Shown: positions 23,917-31,768 of the stretch, piece after piece | Numbering within the stretch: position 1 is the first letter of the stretch | How the letters are laid out: the number at the start of each line of letters is the position of its first letter | Source: a virus | Length of the DNA: 31,768 bases | Virus record (IMG/VR): IMGVR_UViG_3300002220_000467 | Strand: one strand, 5' to 3' | Notes under the pieces: generated by a model | What the model was told of the DNA's origin: nothing | What the model saw: only the letters and a program-made list of their open reading frames with translations | The model's database searches: none | Position numbers and translations under genes: made by a program

Positions 23917-25605
23917 ATGATAATTGGCAAGAGTCGGATAGGTATTGGTCGCTTGGGTATAGCTAGCACCGGCGCTGAAGAGCTGGCAGCCCTGGCAAAC
24001 ATAACCATTCTGGATAGGAGAAGCCTATGGATGCAGGCCAATATGAACATAGTTGGTGTTCATATGCTCTACACTCACGCTAATATGGACATCGATCCAT
24101 ACAACCACAGGCAGATCCTGGCAAACATGTCCATTATTGGCAGGATACCTATCCAGACTCTTGCCAACATGAGCATATCAGACAGAGAAGTACGAAGCGT
24201 CTCCACAAACCTGTCCATTATAGCCGTTCGATATCATCAGACTTTGGCAGCCATGTCCATCCTCGGGTATGCGACCAAATCCACTCTTGCCGGTATGACC
24301 ATTTCGGGCGATGTCGATCACAGCATATTCTCCAATATCAATATAGCAGAATATGGAGAATTATTTGCCGATGCATCCATCAGCATATCAGACAGCTTGG
24401 ATATATATACATCAACTAACATAAATATATCCGATCTGAGGGCTTGTACGATGCCTGCGAGCATGACGATTTTGGACAAGCATTACTGGGCTATCGGCCC
24501 GGAGGGTGCGGTCTTGGACTTGTCCGGTAAAGTGGCCGATCCTAAGCCGGATGGTTTTGGGATCGAGACAGCCAGGTTGGGGTTGCCAGAAGGCCGAAGG
24601 GTGAGCATCAAGGACAAAGGCATCAAGGGAGGCGAATACATGTTCCATGTCTATTTCAATAATGACACTGAGCGTTTAGCCTTCCAGCGGATCGTGAATA
24701 ATGATGCAGAGAACTATGTGCTCCATATAGGCCGATCTGACAGGTTCTATTATGTGAAAAAGATAGCTACGAACCCAGAGAAGATTAAGACTGCCAGGGG
24801 ACCGGTGCAGAGGGTAACCTGCTGGATGGAAGATCCCTGCATGTATGATTCATGGGATCAGGGGCTGTTATTTGGTGTTAGTGCTCTGCCCTGGGAAGAT
24901 GCCTACAAATACAATCATGGTACGGCACCGGCACCGATTTTGTTCAAGATCGGTGGGTTCCACTCCGGAGGGTTGCAGCTCACCCATCCCAGTATCAAAG
25001 CCCTGAACGGATCAGAGGAGAGCAATCTATATATCGGTCCCGGTTTGCTTTCCAATGAATACGTAGAACTCACGTTGGACGGCTGGCATAAACGATATCT
25101 TAGACATACTTATGCCGATGATTACAGTACCAACAACTATTGGCAATACGACGTTATCCAGGAAGGTTGTGTTCTTGCGAATGGGCAAGTGAGCGTACCG
25201 GCTGGCAGATGGTTCTATTACAAATTCCAGGGGCACCCCCTAAAAGATGATATAGAACTGATAGCCACAATCTCAAAGTCCGGATCGCCTCAGATCCAGT
25301 TCTCAATAGATGGAGCAAACTGGCAGACAGCTGTCGATGCCGAAGAAATTGAAAACGGCACAAAAAAGTATTACCTTACGGGCACTGAAAAGCTCCAGAC
25401 AGTCTATGTGCGGTTCTATTCTCCCTCTGGATCGAGCATGACTATCCAGGATGTTGCTTTCGCGTTCGACCGAGACATCAGCAGCCAGTATGATCAACTT
25501 CCGGTTTGCCCGACCCAAGAATACCGGAAGCTAAGAATAGAGGGCTCGGGATCGTCTAGAGCGAAAATCCAGACCTCTTTTAGATCCAGGTGGCACGCTC
25601 AATGA
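23917..25605 (+). CDS. Distal-tail (Dit)-like protein with N-terminal 14-aa repeat array
   Basis: IGKSRIGIGRLG leader, 12 repeats of 14 aa, then Dit-like region with EDPCMY and terminal FRSRW. Confidence 0.55.
   Translation: MIIGKSRIGIGRLGIASTGAEELAALANITILDRRSLWMQANMNIVGVHMLYTHANMDIDPYNHRQILANMSIIGRIPIQTLANMSISDREVRSVSTNLSIIAVRYHQTLAAMSILGYATKSTLAGMTISGDVDHSIFSNINIAEYGELFADASISISDSLDIYTSTNINISDLRACTMPASMTILDKHYWAIGPEGAVLDLSGKVADPKPDGFGIETARLGLPEGRRVSIKDKGIKGGEYMFHVYFNNDTERLAFQRIVNNDAENYVLHIGRSDRFYYVKKIATNPEKIKTARGPVQRVTCWMEDPCMYDSWDQGLLFGVSALPWEDAYKYNHGTAPAPILFKIGGFHSGGLQLTHPSIKALNGSEESNLYIGPGLLSNEYVELTLDGWHKRYLRHTYADDYSTNNYWQYDVIQEGCVLANGQVSVPAGRWFYYKFQGHPLKDDIELIATISKSGSPQIQFSIDGANWQTAVDAEEIENGTKKYYLTGTEKLQTVYVRFYSPSGSSMTIQDVAFAFDRDISSQYDQLPVCPTQEYRKLRIEGSGSSRAKIQTSFRSRWHAQ
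23989..24492 (+). repeat. Twelve tandem 14-residue protein repeats (xxANMSIxxxxxxx)
   Basis: ALANITILDRRSLW / MQANMNIVGVHMLY / THANMDIDPYNHRQ / ILANMSIIGRIPIQ / TLANMSISDREVRS ... MPASMTILDKHYWA, with no gaps. Confidence 0.9.
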
Positions 25606-27827
25606 AAGACCTCGATATCATCATCACCAATCCAGACGGCGGGAAAGTCTACCCTACCTTGGCAGACCTGCCGATTTATGATGAATTCATGGATCGCCCC
25701 AGAAGGATGGTTGCCAAAATAGAGAAAGGCTCTGCGGTCCATCCCAGGGGGACGGTAAAGGTAGTTCGGCGCGGCAAGACCATTCTTTTAGGGCACATCA
25801 AGAAGTTCGATCAGAGCAAGCCAGAATATGATACTCTGACCTTGGATTCAGCAGAGGCTCTATTGGAGGACCGGATAGGGGCTTTCTATAGGTATCCAGC
25901 AGGGACCACCTTGAATGCTATGCTTTCGGAAAAACTCGGGGGAAGCGTTGTGGGCCTGCTTGCTATGGCAAATAGCCTGGTTCCCAAGGGATCTTTCATC
26001 CACCACTCAGGAGCTGTCTATCGGTGGGCTGGAAGAGGGACTTCATCTCATCTCGGGGCTATCAGCCAGCTCTTCCAGGGTACAACATTGCTAACCAAAG
26101 TCTCGGACATCCCGACATCCCCAGGAACATGGTATCAATCCTCAAACGATCTGTATCTTTGGACGACTGACAACAGGAGCCCGGATTATCATCTCATACT
26201 CATCCCGAGCTTCAAGGACACTATGCTGAGGTTGGGTGCCCTGGAGAACGGCAACCAAACCTTCCAGGTATGTTTTGAGGTGGGGGAGACTGAACTTCTC
26301 CCAACGATCAAGTCTCTGATATTGGCCGGGGGGTTGGAGTATCAACCCAGATACGGGAAAGACGAGCTTGTGTATATTGATGGAAAAACCGTGCTCGGGA
26401 AAGGGAGTGATAATTCGCCGACAGCAACGTATATCGATGGCAAGAATGCTGAGATATCCACCGACACCATCGACGGCCTGGGTGAAATCCAGGCATTGAT
26501 AGGGCAAGGAGCAGGTAGCGGCATGACCAGACAGGCTGCTACAGCTATGGGACAGGCCACGGCTCCTGGCGTGTGGAGAGAAGCAGTCTATCAAGCACCG
26601 GGCTTATATGGAGACATGCTGCGAACGGCCACAGAAAAAGCCTTCCAGGATTATGCTGATCCAACAATATACAATATTCAGACTCTGGATCAGGATTGGG
26701 CTCAGTCCGTGGGCAATTATGTTGAGATCCGCCGGGATCGACATATGCCAGTCGTCCGAAGGATCAAGCACATCCAGATGAAACCGGATGGCGCTATGTT
26801 CATGGAGGTGGGCCAAAGGCTTAGGACTATCAAAGAACTTCTCAGGGCTGGAGATGAAATCCAGCGAACACTCTCCAGCTTCTATGGTATCCACAGCAAA
26901 AACGCTTGGACCTGGCAGATCAGCCCACAGAATGTTGATAGCAGCACGCCTCTAGTAGTCGAATTTGATTTGCGCAGCTCCGAGGAGAACGGAGAGATAG
27001 ATCCTAATTTTCCTTTCCAGGTGCTTCTGGATGTGAGGTTAGATTGGTTCAAGTCTTCAGTGAAATCTGCCACCGTAACGGGCGCGGGCCATGGTAATGT
27101 AGGATCGCACGGCGGCTATGGCGGAAGGTCCACCAGCTCAAAGCCAATGACTGCTCACGGCGTTCCGGCTCAGGATGTTACCGGGGTTTATGAGGGGCTG
27201 GCTGATATCTATGGCTATAGCGGATGGGGGCCATATTCTCAAAGCAGCATTGGGGCTTGGGGACACTATCATAACATGTACTTTTTCGCCTATGGTGTAG
27301 CATATGTATCCCAATTCGGCTATGCTGATGTCGTTGTGACAATCAATGACGGCACTGACTCTGCTTCAACCTATTTTGGCCCTACTTCAAGATTCCCAAG
27401 TGTTTGTGTAGGTTCCCATAAGCACACCCTGCCTTATCATTATACGAATGAAGCCGGATCGCAGTCACATGAGACAGCATGGGAAGGTGCCCAAACACGC
27501 GCCGGTTCTCCTCAGCATCTGGATCAGATCCTAGATGAGATCGGCGATAAAATCAATTTCGCGGTGAACTGCCTCTCTACCGGATCGGCTGCCTTGCTGG
27601 TTCTGAGCGTGAAATGCAACAGCAAACATGTGCCTGGTTCACCTTTCGCAGGCTCGGGCGGGCTATACATAGGGGATTCGCTGGATAATATAGACATATC
27701 CGAGCTGGTTTCGGTAGGATCAAGGAACACCCTAACTTTTGAAGTATCTGAATACATGGGCCAAGGTCCGGTGAAATGCTCCATATCTGGTAATGTGTCA
27801 GTCAGTGCCATAATATCTGCTTTCTGA
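25602..27827 (+). CDS. Baseplate hub / Tal-like tail-tip protein
   Basis: About 740 aa after the Dit-like gene (ATGA overlap at 25602); LIGQGAG..R and V.G.YV.I..D..RI..I motifs of Tal/hub proteins; His-rich C-terminal region. Confidence 0.6.
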   Translation: MKDLDIIITNPDGGKVYPTLADLPIYDEFMDRPRRMVAKIEKGSAVHPRGTVKVVRRGKTILLGHIKKFDQSKPEYDTLTLDSAEALLEDRIGAFYRYPAGTTLNAMLSEKLGGSVVGLLAMANSLVPKGSFIHHSGAVYRWAGRGTSSHLGAISQLFQGTTLLTKVSDIPTSPGTWYQSSNDLYLWTTDNRSPDYHLILIPSFKDTMLRLGALENGNQTFQVCFEVGETELLPTIKSLILAGGLEYQPRYGKDELVYIDGKTVLGKGSDNSPTATYIDGKNAEISTDTIDGLGEIQALIGQGAGSGMTRQAATAMGQATAPGVWREAVYQAPGLYGDMLRTATEKAFQDYADPTIYNIQTLDQDWAQSVGNYVEIRRDRHMPVVRRIKHIQMKPDGAMFMEVGQRLRTIKELLRAGDEIQRTLSSFYGIHSKNAWTWQISPQNVDSSTPLVVEFDLRSSEENGEIDPNFPFQVLLDVRLDWFKSSVKSATVTGAGHGNVGSHGGYGGRSTSSKPMTAHGVPAQDVTGVYEGLADIYGYSGWGPYSQSSIGAWGHYHNMYFFAYGVAYVSQFGYADVVVTINDGTDSASTYFGPTSRFPSVCVGSHKHTLPYHYTNEAGSQSHETAWEGAQTRAGSPQHLDQILDEIGDKINFAVNCLSTGSAALLVLSVKCNSKHVPGSPFAGSGGLYIGDSLDNIDISELVSVGSRNTLTFEVSEYMGQGPVKCSISGNVSVSAIISAF

Positions 27828-27868
27828 TATGCATTTTTAGCGAATAAAAATTATGTTAAGGTGATGAT

Positions 27869-28390
27869 ATGGATTTTGGGCTGAACACTAAATATGTGCC
27901 CGAGGTAGATGAGGTGCCTATCAATCCTTACCGCCTCAGGGAGATTATCCAGGAGATTGCAGAGTACAACCTGGCTTGCAGGCTTTATGAGAAATATGAT
28001 AGCACAGGCGGAGAGATACCTGCTAAATACCGCGGGAGAAATCGGTATTGGGTGACGACTTCGGAGGGGCACCATGAGATCCATGGAGATTATCCTCTGA
28101 TATCGGTTTATGATCTAGATCCAGAATCGCCCGAGGGAAGACTCTTAATTTGCCGTTACCGGCCCGAGCGACCGGCGATGAAGACTAATTCAGGAAAAGA
28201 GCTTCCGGCTGTGCCTCTCCAGACCCTAGCCCAAGCTGAAAAGCAGATCAAGGCAGCCCAATTGGAGGCGGAACGGCAGGAGAGGATGAGAAAGAAAGAT
28301 CCTCGATTGGCGAACGATATCAAAATCAAAATTCCCACTCTAATGGCTCCATTGGCTGCCAGGAGGCGAATAGATGAGCGTCAGGGATAG
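27869..28390 (+). CDS. Hypothetical protein
   Basis: 173 aa; AAGGTGA RBS after an AT-rich gap. Confidence 0.6.
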   Translation: MDFGLNTKYVPEVDEVPINPYRLREIIQEIAEYNLACRLYEKYDSTGGEIPAKYRGRNRYWVTTSEGHHEIHGDYPLISVYDLDPESPEGRLLICRYRPERPAMKTNSGKELPAVPLQTLAQAEKQIKAAQLEAERQERMRKKDPRLANDIKIKIPTLMAPLAARRRIDERQG

Positions 28391-28637
28391 ACTGGTTGAC
28401 TGGCTATTCCCAGGGCTCAGAGAGACTGTGGATCAGCATACTTTCATGCTGGAAGCCAATTTTGATATTCACTGCCTTGATCTTCCAGCGGGGGCTGTGA
28501 TCTGGGAGGAGGCCATGGCTAACTGCGAAGCTCTTCATGAGGATCTGCTGGCCGGGAAGGTCGATCGAAGAGGGCGGGCCATGAGTCTAATTGAAGTTCT
28601 TAAGAGAAAAAATATTATAAAACTCAGGGAGATGTAA
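28374..28637 (+). CDS. Hypothetical protein
   Basis: 87 aa; its stop abuts the ATG of the fibre gene. Confidence 0.55.
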   Translation: MSVRDRLVDWLFPGLRETVDQHTFMLEANFDIHCLDLPAGAVIWEEAMANCEALHEDLLAGKVDRRGRAMSLIEVLKRKNIIKLREM

Positions 28638-31082
28638 ATGCCTTCGATGAAAACTGATGTGCTTAGGGATCATGTATTTCGTTATCCTCATCTTGCTAGC
28701 TTGTTGGGAGCCCACGCTGGCAGCCATGTGATACCTGACAAGCCGCCAGCGATCACCGAAAGAGCAGCAGGCGCTAATATGAGCATTGATGTAGGGCCGT
28801 TCAGCTATGTCTTAAATGGGATCGTCGGAGCGAAAACGAGCACAACCAATGTCCCAATAGCTGCTTCGGACTCCAACCCTAGAATCGATTTGCTCTATTT
28901 AGCACCAGACGGTAATCTAGCCATTCTGAAAGGCGCTGCCAGCGCAAAGAAGCCCATGATGGAGGATATTTGGCAGAAATGGGAAGAGCCCTATCCGGCT
29001 GATTTCAGCACCAATGACGGGCTGCTTCTGGCTGAGATCATGGTCCCAGCCAATGCAGCCAGCATCCGAAATGAACATATCCGGAACATTGTGGTACCTG
29101 CTATTCCTGCAGATTTCAACATTATACATTCGGTTGAGATCTTTCAGAGAGGCACTGAGATCATAGCCAGGAAAGCGGACGGCACCATTCTTGAAAGCGG
29201 TATAGCGGGTGTTGATGATACCGACGTATTCGATGCCGCTGCTGCTGGATGCCCGAATAATGGAAGCATAGGCATAGGTCCAGGAACCTACATCCTGGAA
29301 GCTAACAAGCTCTTCTATCTATCAAATAATAGTACGACCAACCCATTTTACTATGCCTTTGGCCCGGCAATGGAAGGAAAGAATTGCCATGTGTACGGGT
29401 CTGGTCCTGGTGTAACCATCCTGAAAATGGCCAATAACCAGCACTATTCCGGCCACCTGGCAGTTCTGATTCTGAATCGAACTACCGGCGATATGAATAA
29501 TGGATTTACGTCCTTCACTCTGGCGAATCTGACGTTGGATGGGAATCGAGCTAATCAGGAGATAGTCTCAGCAATAGATGGGCCGGGCCTATACCTCTCT
29601 GGAAGCGTTCGAACCAACGAGAAAATATTGAATGTGGAGATGATAGATTCCTTTGGCTATGGGGCTTATCTTGGTAATAATGGTAGCGGGCCAACGAAAG
29701 GAGTTATAATTTCTGGAATATATGCGAAGAATTGCTATAAATCTGCAATATGCTTGGATACTACGGCTGATGTTTCCATATCTAATTCTGTCATCTACGA
29801 TGGCAGCATAGGATTGGAGGTATTGGGTAACACTGATTACGCTACTCGCGAATATGATAATATTTCCATCACCGGAGTAACCTGCAAACGCGCTGGAATC
29901 ACTATCTGGTGCATCAATGGATGCGTCGTTTCCGGTTGCACCATGGACATAACTGGAGCTATCGTCCATTCCTACGGACTACAGGTACATTGCAGTCGAA
30001 ACATCGATATCGTGGGGTGCAGGTTCACTGCAAATAAGACCTCACAGTATGTGACCTACATCGATGGCGGCGGGTATATACAAGATGGAAGCTATGATCA
30101 GGTCAAATTCAGAGATTGCACCTTCGATGCTTTCCAGGCTCTGAAAGTGTTTGGCTCCGCGGTAGTCGAGGCATATAACTGTACGTTTCATGCATATACC
30201 TACTCTTACCTGAACGAGCAGCAACAGGAAGTGAGGGTTCCGGGTGCGTGCGTATATCTGAAAGAGTTTGAAGAGACAATAACTGCTGAATTGAAATTTA
30301 CAGGCTGCGAATTTGTGGCCGATGCTTATGACACATATATATTTTATATACCGCCACATTCCACAGTAATCTCTGAGAAATGCAGCGCCCCAAAAGTCGG
30401 GGCAATGTCGATCGGCGGTGGTCTATTTACATATGATTGCACCGGACCGGGCCTGGTAGCATATAACAGCAGATGGGTTGCACAATGGGGCGTGTTCTAC
30501 TCCACTCCTGCCAGCTCTTCCAGCATAACCATGCTATATAACATGGTAAATGCAATACCGATAGGCACGCCAATAAAATACCTGACCAGTGCAGGCGGAC
30601 CATATTTTGGGATTGTCACAGCTATAACGTCTAATCTGCTAACCATCGCAGGCCCGCCGCTGTCAGGAACTATCTATATGATATGGACTGGGCCACCCGA
30701 AATGGTCTGCCAGGTGGATTATCTTATTCCAGGGGCCTATGCCACAGAAGCAAAGACCAACCTGATTCAAACATTCCAAAAATCTTTCTCTCCCTGGCAT
30801 GGGCCGCCTGCATACCTGGTGAGGATCAGCCACCGAGCGCTGGCTGCTGATAGCGGCACTGCTCCGAAAGTGACCGCTTCCATCGAGGGCAACATAGTCG
30901 GAACCGACAATTCCAACACCGGACTGCCAGTTGCCACAAGTTGGACACATACCACCACCGGCATAAATGCCAGCAATTACAGGATAGACCTGAATGATGC
31001 CATTGAGCTGAGAACCACACAAGGCGGAAGTGGCGATTCTACATTTCTCACAGTATCTCTAATATTTGTGTCGGAGAGATGA
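28638..31082 (+). CDS. Tail fibre/spike with parallel beta-helix (pectate-lyase-like) domain
   Basis: N-terminal anchor PRIDLLY..KG..LAEIMVPA; GPGTY, GSGPGVTILK, NLTLDGNRANQ and repeated I.N/G.C.F coils; C-terminal beta domain. Confidence 0.8.
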   Translation: MPSMKTDVLRDHVFRYPHLASLLGAHAGSHVIPDKPPAITERAAGANMSIDVGPFSYVLNGIVGAKTSTTNVPIAASDSNPRIDLLYLAPDGNLAILKGAASAKKPMMEDIWQKWEEPYPADFSTNDGLLLAEIMVPANAASIRNEHIRNIVVPAIPADFNIIHSVEIFQRGTEIIARKADGTILESGIAGVDDTDVFDAAAAGCPNNGSIGIGPGTYILEANKLFYLSNNSTTNPFYYAFGPAMEGKNCHVYGSGPGVTILKMANNQHYSGHLAVLILNRTTGDMNNGFTSFTLANLTLDGNRANQEIVSAIDGPGLYLSGSVRTNEKILNVEMIDSFGYGAYLGNNGSGPTKGVIISGIYAKNCYKSAICLDTTADVSISNSVIYDGSIGLEVLGNTDYATREYDNISITGVTCKRAGITIWCINGCVVSGCTMDITGAIVHSYGLQVHCSRNIDIVGCRFTANKTSQYVTYIDGGGYIQDGSYDQVKFRDCTFDAFQALKVFGSAVVEAYNCTFHAYTYSYLNEQQQEVRVPGACVYLKEFEETITAELKFTGCEFVADAYDTYIFYIPPHSTVISEKCSAPKVGAMSIGGGLFTYDCTGPGLVAYNSRWVAQWGVFYSTPASSSSITMLYNMVNAIPIGTPIKYLTSAGGPYFGIVTAITSNLLTIAGPPLSGTIYMIWTGPPEMVCQVDYLIPGAYATEAKTNLIQTFQKSFSPWHGPPAYLVRISHRALAADSGTAPKVTASIEGNIVGTDNSNTGLPVATSWTHTTTGINASNYRIDLNDAIELRTTQGGSGDSTFLTVSLIFVSER

Positions 31083-31645
31083 GTATGCGAATATTAAGGC
31101 GAATACCTCTAATAGCAATGAGTTATCAGGCGGTCTATCCCCCAGCATATAGCAGTACTTACGTTAAGGCCACTACAAACACTTTTGAAATGGAGCCTCA
31201 TAAAGCTTTAGATCCAAGCCAATCGCCATCTGGAGACGCATATCCTTACTGCTGGATGAGCAATGTTGGAAATCCAACGAGCCAACGATTTCATGTGGAT
31301 TTGGGTTCTGCAAAGGTAATTGGAAAGATAGTCTATTGCAACTATCACAATGCTGGATACAATACAACACGCGGAGTAAACGGTTTTACTCTTCAGGGCT
31401 CTAACAACTCCAGTAGCTTTTCAAATCTCACATACGCAACAGATACCGGGTGGACGACTATCGATAAGTCTCCAGCTTCGATGACACAACATACCCAGAC
31501 TTATGACGGTGCTCTATTCTATGAGATAATAGTGACATCACCATCAACACCATATCGTTATTACGCTCTAAAATGCGCAAATAATCATGGTGACACCAGC
31601 TATATGGGAATACGTAGGTTAATATTCTACGAGTTAACATATTAG
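31079..31645 (+). CDS. Discoidin/F5-8 type C-like (galactose-binding-like) protein
   Basis: W.S..QRFHVDLGSAKVI..FTLQGSN..W..YRYYAL pattern; true start may be the internal Met of MSYQ. Confidence 0.65.
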   Translation: MSMRILRRIPLIAMSYQAVYPPAYSSTYVKATTNTFEMEPHKALDPSQSPSGDAYPYCWMSNVGNPTSQRFHVDLGSAKVIGKIVYCNYHNAGYNTTRGVNGFTLQGSNNSSSFSNLTYATDTGWTTIDKSPASMTQHTQTYDGALFYEIIVTSPSTPYRYYALKCANNHGDTSYMGIRRLIFYELTY

Positions 31646-31756
31646 CTAGTACACCTTTTTTTGTATTTTTATTTCTGCAGAAGGTTCTTTGGGATTCAAG
31701 CCTATATACGTCTCAGCTAATCCTCTCAAAGCCTTGTATCCTTTTTCTGTGATCAT
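31646..31756 (-). CDS. Small protein, 36 aa (not in ORF track)
   Basis: GAGGTGA RBS 4 nt before ATG; MITEKGYKALRGLAETYIGLNPKEPSAEIKIQKKVY; convergent with the tail operon. Confidence 0.5.
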   Translation of the reverse strand: MITEKGYKALRGLAETYIGLNPKEPSAEIKIQKKVY

Positions 31757-31768
31757 GTAATCACCTCT

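Noticed and set aside
27190-27410. Aromatic, NNY-codon-rich stretch resembling a DGR variable region (the 31079-31645 gene was also considered)
   Set aside because: No reverse transcriptase and no near-identical template repeat differing at adenines was seen in the window. It could only be revived by sequence outside the window.
198-30976. Many antisense or alternate-frame ORFs in the six-frame track (e.g. 4240-4860, 8149-8892, 20995-21618)
   Set aside because: They shadow well-supported + strand genes, lack RBS or recognisable motifs, and are expected at ~50% GC.
1-31768. CRISPR mini-array, tRNA, integrase/att site, intron or intein
   Set aside because: No regularly spaced repeats, cloverleaf, tyrosine/serine recombinase motifs or intein splice motifs were seen by eye; terL and the helicase are of normal length. 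tRNAscan and CRISPR finders were not run.

Overview
This window is a contiguous, partial segment of a siphovirus-like tailed dsDNA virus or provirus (Caudoviricetes). Nearly all genes are on the + strand. Module order: replication (5'-truncated DUF927-like helicase carrying an internal iteron-like array, probable SSB, Holliday-junction resolvase, small HTH and Zn-finger genes); DNA modification/accessory region (ParB-like + PP-loop/PAPS-reductase-family fusion, an AT-rich HEPN-like gene, and a reversed cassette of DUF523/TudS plus three small ORFs); packaging (terS, terL, portal); head (gpF-protease-scaffold fusion, decoration, HK97-fold MCP); neck, interrupted by two unknown genes, a ~144-bp IS200/IS605-derived mini-element and a holin-like pair; tail (two paralogous tube genes, chaperone with a hidden -1-frame extension, 868-aa tape measure, Dit-like, Tal-like, beta-helix fibre, discoidin-like protein). 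An archaeal, possibly methanogen, host is inferred from TATA-like promoters, GGAGGTGA-type RBS, frequent ATA/AGG/AGA codons and no visible endolysin; this is not proven. No integrase, att site, tRNA, CRISPR array or reverse transcriptase was seen. All family assignments come from motif recognition by eye, not database searches. Most interesting: a candidate viral sulfur-nucleotide module (3-Cys PP-loop enzyme fused to ParB, next to a TudS-type thiouracil desulfidase), a candidate origin inside the helicase gene, an orphan omegaRNA-like IS remnant, and duplicated tail-tube genes.
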